From: an uncultured virus (IMG/VR IMGVR_UViG_2061766007_001950)
Taxonomy: Duplodnaviria; Heunggongvirae; Uroviricota; Caudoviricetes
Length of the DNA stretch: 34,200 bases
IMG/VR virus record: IMGVR_UViG_2061766007_001950
Direction: 5' to 3' (one strand)
Made by a program: the position numbers and the translations under genes. Below are positions 11,751-20,339 of this stretch, in pieces. The notes under the pieces were generated by a model that was given only the letters and a program-made list of their open reading frames with translations, was not told the origin of the DNA and searched no databases. Positions within the stretch are counted from its first letter, which is position 1. Each line of letters begins with the position of its first letter.

Positions 11751-12727
11751 ATGATCGTACATTACAGAGTAAACGGAAAAGAAAGAAAAAGGCTGGCCGA
11801 GGTCATCGCCAAGGAAATCGGAGTCGATGCCATTTATCAGGGTGCACCGACCTTTTCCTACCAGATGGACTACTTCACGGTCGACCGCGAAGGCGCTCTG
11901 GTCTTTGACGACGAGAACTACAGCGACGAGGTCGAGAGAGTTTTCAACGCCATCGCCGACGCAGGCTTCACCCCGGATGAGGGCGAGGAATACGAAGGCA
12001 CCGGGCTTGCGATCCAGATGCCGATGATGACCGGCGATGAGATTTCCAGACTGGAAGCCCTGATCGAGTCCAAGGAAAGCCTGATCAAGAAAGCCATCGG
12101 CGCGGACAGCCTCGCAGTTGGCGAGAAGGACGGCAAGCTCGACTTCCCTTGGTTCAAGGCCGACGCGGAGCCGGACGAGATCATCGCCTACACCCACTTC
12201 GTTACAGCCCTCTGCCGGACAGCGAAGGAAGCCACACGCATCACCGGGAAAGACAAGCCGGTCGAGAATGAGAAGTACGCCTTCCGCTGCTTCCTTCTCC
12301 GGATCGGATTCATCGGGGATGAATACAAGGTAAGCCGCAAGATCCTGCTCAAGAACTTCTCCGGAAGCTCCGCATGGAAAAGCGGCGCACCGNNNNNNNN
12401 NNAAAGGCCATCGGAACAGACAGCCTCGTAGTTGGCGAGAAAGACGGCAAGCTCGACTTCCCTTGGTTCAAGGCAGACACAACCCCGGAAGAGATCAAGG
12501 CCTACATGGATTTCGTGACAGCCCTCTGCCGCATGGCAAAGGAAGCCAAGCGCGTCACTGGGAAAGACAAGCCGGTCGAGAATGAGAAGTACGCATTCCG
12601 CTGCTTCCTCCTCCGTCTCGGATTCATTGGCGACGATTATAAGCAGAGCCGAAAGATCCTGCTGCAGAACTTCTCCGGAAGCTCCGCATGGAAAAGCGGC
12701 ACACCGACAAAGGAGGTGCAGGCATGA
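11751..12727 (+). CDS. Phage 'virulence-related protein'-type hypothetical (two alleles tiled; third fragment at 12949-13114)
   Basis: GKERKRLAEVI...YQGAPTFSY...LDFPWF...ENEKYAFRCFLLRIGFIGDEYK..RKILLKNFSGSSAW; family recognised from memory, function unknown. Confidence 0.75.
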
Positions 12728-13110
12728 GGATGATCAGACCAGAACAACTAAGGCACCTACGTGAGACCTACCCTGCCGGTACACGCGTCGAGCTCATCCA
12801 GATGGATGATGTTCAGGCACCNNNNNNNNNNATTCAGGCACCGCCTGCCGGTACCTGCGGAACGGTGACCGGAATCGATGATACCGGAAGCCTGATGGTG
12901 CGCTGGGATAACGGCTCCGGCCTGAATGTGATCTTCGGNNNNNNNNNNAAAAGACAAGCCGGTCGAGAATGAGAAGTACGCCTTCCGCTGCTTCCTCCTC
13001 CGGATCGGATTCATCGGTGATGAATACAAGGTCAGCCGCAAGCTCCTGCTCAAGAACTTCTCCGGAAGCTCCGCATGGAAAAGCGGCGCACCGGCAAAGG
13101 AGGTGCAGGC

Positions 13111-13344
13111 ATGAGGATGATCAGACCAGAACAGCTGAGGCATCTGCGTGAGACCTACCCTGCCGGAACACGCGTCGAGCTCATCCAGATGGATGACGTT
13201 CAGGCACCGCCTGCCGGTACCTGCGGCACGGTAACCGGAATTGATGATACTGGCAGCCTGATGGTGCGCTGGGATAACGGTTCCGGCCTGAATGTGATCT
13301 TCGGAGTTGATGTGGTCAGAAAGGTGGTGGACGCGAATGACTAA
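13111..13344 (+). CDS. DUF4314-like small SH3-type protein (other copies at 12724-12938, 13381-13516, 13767-13902)
   Basis: [59 protein letters not shown]-coupled to the upstream gene. Confidence 0.8.
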   Translation: MRMIRPEQLRHLRETYPAGTRVELIQMDDVQAPPAGTCGTVTGIDDTGSLMVRWDNGSGLNVIFGVDVVRKVVDAND

Positions 13345-13508
13345 CCTGATCCGCGAGCAGATCCTCGCCGNNNNNNNNNNGCCTGCCGGTACCTGCGGCA
13401 CGGTAACCGGGATTGATGATACCGGAAGCCTGATGGTGCGCTGGGATAACGGCTCCGGCCTAAATGTGATCTTCGGAGTTGATGTCGTCAGGAAGGTGGT
13501 GGACGCGA

Positions 13509-13685
13509 ATGACTAATCTGATCCGCGAGCAGATCCTCGCCGTCCGGGATACCGGCCTTACCAACATGTTTGATATCCCGGCAGTCCAGAGGATCGCCTT
13601 TGACCTCGGTTACTACGAGCTGGTTGACTGGCTCACAGACCACCGAAAAGAGTATGTAAATTTCATCATGACGGGTGAGGAATAA
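13509..13685 (+). CDS. DUF5049-like small protein (second copy ends at 14071)
   Basis: MTNLIREQILAVRDTGLTNMFDIPAVQRIAFDLGYYELVDWL..HRKEYVNFIMTGEE*. Confidence 0.8.
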   Translation: MTNLIREQILAVRDTGLTNMFDIPAVQRIAFDLGYYELVDWLTDHRKEYVNFIMTGEE

Positions 13686-13693
13686 GCCCTCCT

Positions 13694-13723
13694 CCAAGGG
13701 AGCCAGCAGGCTCTTTTGGTCGT
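13694..13723 (+). repeat. Hairpin plus TCGT at the end of array unit 1 (identical copy at 14080-14109)
   Basis: CCAAGGGAGCC-AGCA-GGCTCTTTTGG, an 11-bp stem with two G-U pairs, followed by TCGT. Confidence 0.7.
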
Positions 13724-14138
13724 TAAAAAAGATGTGAAAATATAGCAGAAATGACTNNNNNNNNNNACCTGCAGGTACCTGTGGCACGGTAACCGGAATC
13801 GATGATACCGGAAGCCTGATGGTACGCTGGGATAACGGCTCCGGCCTGAATGTGATCTACGGAGTCGATGTGGTCAGAAAGGTGGTGGATGCGAATGACT
13901 AACATGATCCGCGAGCAGATCCTCGCCGTCCGGGACACCGGCCTTACCAACATGTTTGATGTCCCGGCAGTCCAGAGGATCGCCTTTGACCTCGGGTATT
14001 ACGAACTGGTGGACTGGCTTACAGACCACAAAAAAGAGTATGCAAACTTCATCATGACGGGCGAGGAATAGACCTCAAACCAAGGGAGCCAGCAGGCTCT
14101 TTTGGTCGTTAAAAAAGATGTGAAATTATAGCAGAAAT

Positions 14139-14179
14139 GACTTGCTATATCCTCCGAGTAGAGCGAATATACACATACC
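14139..14179 (+). promoter_or_regulatory. Array repeat motif copy 2
   Basis: GACTTGCTAT ATCCTCCGAG TAGAGCGAATATACACATACC AAAAG, then GGAGG and ATG 14203. Confidence 0.75.
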
Positions 14180-14202
14180 AAAAGACAAGGAGGAAAGCGA
14201 AA

Positions 14203-14564
14203 ATGACAATCAACGAAGGAACCAGAAAATTCAGACTGCCAAACCCAACCACCCCGGAAGACCTCGAATGCCGCTGGAGCAAGCTCCTGAACTTCGGNNN
14301 NNNNNNNCCAGAAAATACAGACTGCCAAACCCGACCACCCCGGAAGACCTCGAATGCCGCTGGAGCAAGCTCCTGAACTTCGGAGACAAGGTGATCATCG
14401 CCGGATACTACTACAACGGCAAAGGCCAGCCTTCCTACTTCGGAGCAGTTTACGAGCATCTGGATGACGACATGACCTGCGAAGGAACGATCGGCCTAAG
14501 AGCAGTCAGCGAGGTTGAGTTTGAAGACGACGGGCACGCGATGGCATGGGCGATGCAGCAGTAA
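14203..14564 (+). CDS. Small acidic hypothetical protein (about 95 aa merged)
   Basis: GGAGG RBS; MTINEGTRKFRLPNPTTPEDLECRWSKLLNFGDKVIIAGYYY...EFEDDGHAMAWAMQQ*. Confidence 0.8.
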
Positions 14565-14577
14565 GGAGGCAAAAATC

Positions 14578-15111
14578 ATGATGAAGACAAACAACGCATA
14601 CTTTGAAAACCTGAGACAGATCGCAGAAAAATGGGAACAGGAAAAGGCCGAGCGCAAAGAGCGCAAAGCCCAGATCCTCGATACCTACGGATGGGACTCG
14701 GAGGAGCTCAAGGCTTGGCACGAAGAGGATCAGGCAGCCACCTACCCGATTCCGCAGGGAACCTGTAAAGCCTACCGCGCATTTCTGGGCACGCTGGAAC
14801 ATGGCGAGGATGAGATCGAAATGAACGACTTCCTCTGGNNNNNNNNNNACACGATGGAGCATGGCGAGGATGAGATCGAAATGAACGACTTCCTCTGGGA
14901 TCGTGAGGTCGACGACTTTGTGGACGCCCTCCGGAAAGCCGGATTCGACAGTTTCATCTACACCAACCAGAGCACGGCGGTGATGGAAAACCTCCACGGC
15001 TTTGCCAAGGCAGGCTGCACCATGACCGGCCTGACGACGATCACAAGGCGCGAGCGTCGCTTCGGAGAATACAGGGATGAGGAGATCCTCGGCATCCATT
15101 TCGACCTGTAA
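14578..15111 (+). CDS. Hypothetical protein (about 160 aa merged; allele fragments at 15692-15826 and 16024-16105)
   Basis: GGAGG RBS; MMKTNNAYFENL...DFLWDREVDDFVDALRKAGFDSFIYTNQSTAVMENLHGFAKAGC...EILGIHFDL*. Confidence 0.8.
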   Translation: MMKTNNAYFENLRQIAEKWEQEKAERKERKAQILDTYGWDSEELKAWHEEDQAATYPIPQGTCKAYRAFLGTLEHGEDEIEMNDFLWXXXXTMEHGEDEIEMNDFLWDREVDDFVDALRKAGFDSFIYTNQSTAVMENLHGFAKAGCTMTGLTTITRRERRFGEYRDEEILGIHFDL

Positions 15112-15137
15112 AAAAACTTCGAAAATGTAGAAAATAT

Positions 15138-15179
15138 GACTTGCTATTATCTCCGTTTAGAGTGATATATGTACATACC
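15138..15179 (+). promoter_or_regulatory. Array repeat motif copy 3
   Basis: GACTTGCTAT TATCTCCGTT TAGAGTGATATATGTACATACC AAAAG, then GGAGG and ATG 15213. Confidence 0.75.
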
Positions 15180-15212
15180 AAAAGAGAACCACACAAAACG
15201 GAGGTAAACAAA

Positions 15213-15618
15213 ATGAGAAACGCATACGAACTGAGAAACCACTTTTTCCTTGAAGACTACAACACAGCGATCACCAGAGAAGACTTCGAGACCTTCTTCA
15301 CTAAGACAAAGGAAAAGGTCACCTTCACCTTTAACGGCTGGGACGGCAAGAGCTACGACGGTGAGAGCCGCACAGCAACGGTCTACCGCACTACCATCGA
15401 GGGATTCGAGGATGTCAGGCTGATCAAGGTCGGCAAAGGCCTCCACTACATCGAAGAGGACACNNNNNNNNNNCACCATCGAGGGATTCGAAGAGGTCAG
15501 GCTGATCAAGGTTGGCAAAGGCCTCCACTACATCGAAGAGGACACCGAGGTGCTGGAGAAGGCCACAGGAGAATACCACAAAAGAGCAAGCTGGCTGGTA
15601 GACGTCAGGAGGAAGTAA
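15213..15618 (+). CDS. Hypothetical protein (about 110 aa merged), apparently present in only some variants
   Basis: MRNAYELRNHFFLEDY...FTFNGWDGKSYDGESR...LEKATGEYHKRASWLVDVRRK*. Confidence 0.8.
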
Positions 15619-15642
15619 GAACGAGGCAAAGTAAACACGCCA

Positions 15643-15673
15643 GAGAGCAGCCCGGATGGGGCTGTATCTCGTA
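15643..15673 (+). repeat. Hairpin plus TCGT at the end of the array (further copies near 16130, 16214 and 16966)
   Basis: GAGA-GCAGCCC-loop-GGGCTGT-A-TCTC-GTA; the loop varies (GGATG/GGCTG/GGACG) while the stem is invariant. Confidence 0.7.
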
Positions 15674-15836
15674 CAGGGAAGNNNNNNNNNNTTTTACAAA
15701 CACACTGGAACATGGTGAAGATGAGATTGAGATGAACGACTTCCTCTGGGATCGCGAAGTTGACGACTTTGTGGACGCCCTTCGGAAGGCCGGATTCGAT
15801 AGCTTCATCTACACCAACCAGAGCACNNNNNNNNNN

Positions 15837-16013
15837 GTTGAATAAATTCTTGAGAATCTACTATGCAAGAGTGATGGAGGTGTATAATTGCTAAACGAGT
15901 AAAAGTGGTATGTACCGACTAGGTTGGCAAAGGGCCAGCCTTTTTGTAGTACAACGAATACAGAAGAGAAACCTGCTAGCAAATTCAAATTAGCACTTGA
16001 ATTTTGTTAGCAG
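15837..16013 (+). mobile_element. IS110-family element fragment: transposase C-terminus (15838-15894) and structured right end
   Basis: Translates LNKFLRIYYARVMEVYNC*, matching the NKFLRIYY.RV C-terminal motif I recognise from Firmicutes IS110 transposases; more AT-rich than its flanks; hairpins at 15921-15941 and 15973-16013. Confidence 0.7.
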
Positions 16014-16251
16014 NNNNNNNNNNCCTGACAACAATCACAAGGCGCGAGCGCCGCTTCGGAGAATACCGGGACGAAGAGATTCTTGGCATTCACTTCACAC
16101 TGTAAAGCATAACAAAACTGAGAACATCAGAGAGCAGCCCGGCTGGGGCTGTATCTCGTACAGGGAAGTCGCACATGGCGGCTATTTTTTATGNNNNNNN
16201 NNNGAAACACGCCAGAGAGCAGCCCGGACGGGGCTGTATCTCGTACAGGGA

Positions 16252-16276
16252 AGTCGCACATGGCGGCTATTTTTTA
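16252..16276 (+). terminator. Intrinsic terminator-like hairpin directly before terL (also near 16167 and 17003)
   Basis: AGTCGC-ACATG-GCGGCT-ATTTTTT. Confidence 0.6.
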
Positions 16277-16299
16277 TGCTCTTTTGGAGGTGATGACCT

Positions 16300-19200
16300 A
16301 TCAGAAAACTTGAAAATTATACACCGACGCACTTCATGGCAGAGGATTCCTACTATGACGAGTACGCCGCTGACTTTGCTGTTGCCTTTATCGAGAGCCT
16401 TCAGCACACCAAGGGTGAATGGTATAAGAAGCCCTTTGAACTGATCGACTGGCAGGAGCAGATCGTGCGAGACGTATTCGGAACACTGAAGCCAAACGGC
16501 TACCGGCAGTTTACGACGGCCTACGTCGAGATCCCGAAGAAGATGGGCAAATCCGAGCTTGCTGCCGCCATCGCGCTGTACCTTACCTGCGCGGACGGTG
16601 AACAGCGAGCNNNNNNNNNNTCTTCAGCACACCAAGGGTGAATGGTATAAAAAGCCCTTTGAACTGATCGANNNNNNNNNNCGAGATCCCGAAGAAGATG
16701 GGAAAGTCCGAGCTTGCTGCTGCCATCGCGCTGTACCTTACCTGCGCGGACGGCGAACAGCGAGCCGAGGTCTATGGCTGTGCCGCTGATGTCAATCAGG
16801 CCAAGATTGTATTTGATGTGGCTGTGGATATGGTGATGCTCTGCCCTGCTCTCGAACGNNNNNNNNNNAGAGGTGCTGGAGAAAGCCACCGGAGAATACC
16901 ACAAGAGAGCAAGCTGGCTGGTAGACGTCAAGAGGAAGTAAGAACAAGGCAAACGAAACACGCCAGAGAGCAGCCCGGATGGGGCTGTATCTCGTACAGG
17001 GAAGTCGCACATGGCGGCTATTTTTTATGCCTTTTTGGAGGTGATGACCTATCAGAAAACTGGAAAATTATACACCAACGCACTTCATGGCTGAGGATTC
17101 CTATTACGACGAATACGCCGCCGACTTTGCTGTTGCCTTTATTGAGAGCCTTCAGCACACCAAGGGTGAATGGTATAAAAAGCCCTTTGAACTNNNNNNN
17201 NNNNNNNNNNNNNNNNNNNNNNNNNNNNNNNNNNNNNNNNNNNNNNNNNNNNNNNNNNNNNNNNNNNNNNNNNNNNNNNNNNNNNNNNNNNNNNNNNNNN
17301 NNNNNNNNNNNNNNNNNNNNNNNNNNNNNNNNNNNNNNNNNNNTGAGGTCTATGGCTGCGCTGCCGATGTCAATCAGGCCAAGATCGTATTTGATGTGGC
17401 TGTGGATATNNNNNNNNNNNNNNNNNNNNNNNNNNNNNNNNNNNNNNNNNAAACAAGTCCACACGTACCATCGTATATAATCCGACCAACAGCAAATACA
17501 AAGTCCTGTCAGCGGATGTAGCCAACAAGCACGGTTTCAATACCCACGGAGTGATCTTTGACGAACTTCATACACAGCCGAACAGGAAGCTATATGATGT
17601 CATGACCAAAGGCAGCGGCGATGCGAGAAAGCAGCCGCTTTTCTTTTTGATCACAACTGCAGGTGACAACACCAACTCCATCTGCTGGGAGGTGCACCAG
17701 AAAGCGCTGGATATCCTTGAAGGCCGCAAGATTGACAAGACCTTCTATCCGGTGATNNNNNNNNNNAATTGACAAGACCTTCTATCCGGTGATCTACGGC
17801 GCTTCCGAGGATGAAGANNNNNNNNNNNNNNNNNNNNNNNNNNNNNNNNNNNNNNNNNNNNNNNNNNNNNNNNNNNNNNNNNNNNNNNNNNNNNNNNNNN
17901 NNNNNNNNNNNNNNNNNNNNNNNNNNNNNNNNNNNNNNNNNNNNNNNNNNNTGGCGGCCTTGACCTCTCCTCCACTACGGACATCACGGCCTTCGTGCTG
18001 GTCTTCCCTCCAGAGGACGAGGACGATAAGTTTGCCGTGCTCCCGTACTTCTGGGTGCCGGAGGATACGCTGGACATCCGTGTGCGGCGAGACCACGTCC
18101 CTTACGATCTGTGGGAGAAGCAAGGCTATCTCTTNNNNNNNNNNATACTTCTGGGTGCCGGAGGATACGCTGGATATCCGTGTGCGGCGAGACCACGTCC
18201 CTTATGACCTGTGGGAGAAGCAGGGCTATCTCTTCACGACGGACGGCAACGTCGTCCACTACGGCTTCATCGAGCAGTTCATCGAACACCTCGGTGAGCG
18301 CTTCAATATCCGGGAGATCGCGTTTGACCGCTGGGGAGCTGTCCAGATGGTGCAGAATCTTGAAGGCATGGGCTTCACAGTCGTGCCGTTCGGTCAGGGC
18401 TTTAAGGATATGAGCCCACCTACCAAGGANNNNNNNNNNTAAAGATATGAGCCCACCTACCAAAGAGCTCATGAAGCTGACGCTGGAACAAAAAATCGCG
18501 CACGGCGGCCACCCGGTGCTCCGCTGGATGATGGACAACATNNNNNNNNNNTCCCATGCCTTCGAGATTCTGCACCATCTGGACAGCTCCCCAGCGGTCA
18601 AATGCAATCTCCCGGATATTGAAGCGCTCACCGAGATGTTCGATGAATTGCTCAATGAAGCCGTAGTGGACGACGTTGCCGTCCGTCGTGAAGAGATAGC
18701 CTTGCTTCTCCCACAGATCGTAAGGGACGTGGTCNNNNNNNNNNCGAGGTCTACGGCTGTGCTGCCGATGTCAATCAGGCCAAGATCGTATTTGATGTAG
18801 CTGTGGATATGGTGATGCTCTGCCCGGCTCTCGAACGGCACGTTACCATCAACAAGTCCACACGTACCATTGTCTACAATCCGACCAACAGCAAATACAA
18901 AGTCCTGTCGGCGGATGTGGCCAACAAGCACGGTTTCAATACCCACGGAGTGATCTTCGATGAGCTCCATACACAACCGAACAGGAAGCTATATGATGTC
19001 ATGACCAAGGGCAGCGGCGATGCAAGAAAGCAGCCGCTTTTCTTTTTGATCACGACTGCCGGGGACAACACCAATTCCATCTGCTGGGAGGTGCACCAGA
19101 AGGCACTGGATATCCTTGAAGGCCGCAAGATCGACAAGACCTTCTATCCGGTGATCTACGGCGCTTCCGAAGATGAAGACTGGACTGATCCCAAGGTCTG

Positions 19201-20328
19201 GGAAAAAGCCAACCCGTCTCTGGGCATCACGGTGGATATCGAGAAAGTACAGGAGGCCTGCGACTCTGCCAAACAGAATCCCGGCGAAGAGAATGCCTTC
19301 CGGCAGCTCCGCCTCAATCAGTGGGTGAAGCAGTCCGTCCGCTGGATGCCAATGGACAAGTGGGATAAATGNNNNNNNNNNGACTGATCCTAAGGTCTGG
19401 GAAAAAGCGAATCCATCTCTGGGCATTACGGTGGATATCGAGAAGGTACAGGAAGCCTGCGACTCTGCCAAGCAGAATCCCGGCGAAGAAAACGCCTTCC
19501 GGCAGCTCCGCCTTAATCAATGGGTGAAGCAGTCTGTCCGCTGGATGCCAATGGACAAGTGGGATAAATGTGCCTTCCCGGTTGATGAAAAAATGCTGGA
19601 AGGCCGGGTCTGCTACGGCGGCCTTGACCTCTCCTCCACTACGGATATCACGGCCTTCGTGCTGGTCTTCCCTCCGGAAGACGAGGACGATAAGTTTGCC
19701 GTGCTCCCATACTTCTGGGTGCCGGAGGACACGCTGGACATCCGTGTTCGGCGAGACCACGTCCCTTACGATCTGTGGGAGAAGCAAGGCTATCTCTTCA
19801 CGACTGACGGCAACGTCGTCCACTACGGCTTCATCGAGCAGTTCATCGAACATCTCGGTGAGCGCTTCAATATCCGGGAGATCGCATTCGACCGCTGGGG
19901 AGCTGTCCAGATGGTACAGAATCTTGAAGGCATGGGCTTCACGGTCGTGCCGTTCGGTCAGGGCTTTAAAGATATGAGTCCACCCACCAAGGAGCTCATG
20001 AAGCTGACGCTGGAACGGAAAATCGCGCACGGCGGCCACCCGGTGCTCCGCTGGATGATGGACAACANNNNNNNNNNACAGAAAATCGCGCACGGTGGCC
20101 ACCCGGTGCTCCGCTGGATGATGGACAACATCTTCATCCGAACCGACCCGGCTGGCAACATTAAAGCAGATAAGGAAAAATCCACAGAAAAGATCGACGG
20201 TGCCATCGCCACCATCATGGCGCTGGATCGTGCGATCCGCTGTGGTAACGATACGGGTGCATCGGTCTATGACAGCCGAGGCATCCTTTTCATTTGNNNN
20301 NNNNNNTCGAGGCATCCTTTTCATTTGA
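16300..20328 (+). CDS. terL: Terminase large subunit (composite; probable ATC start at 16300, first ATG at 16336)
   Basis: LIDWQ; Walker A EIPKKMGKS; Walker B VIFDELH; ITTAG; GGLDLS nuclease motif; EKIDG; stop 20326-20328. Confidence 0.95.
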
Positions 20329-20339
20329 GGAGGTATCAG

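Noticed and set aside
11677..17030. CRISPR or mini-CRISPR array from the recurring intergenic repeats
   Set aside because: The repeats are separated by whole genes or are allelic copies, not by 30-40-bp spacers, and there are no cas genes.
18552..18734. Inverted terL segment as a phase-variable inversion
   Set aside because: It is a reverse-complement allele of roughly 19755-19935 bounded by N gaps, with no inverted repeats or invertase; a mis-oriented contig is more likely.
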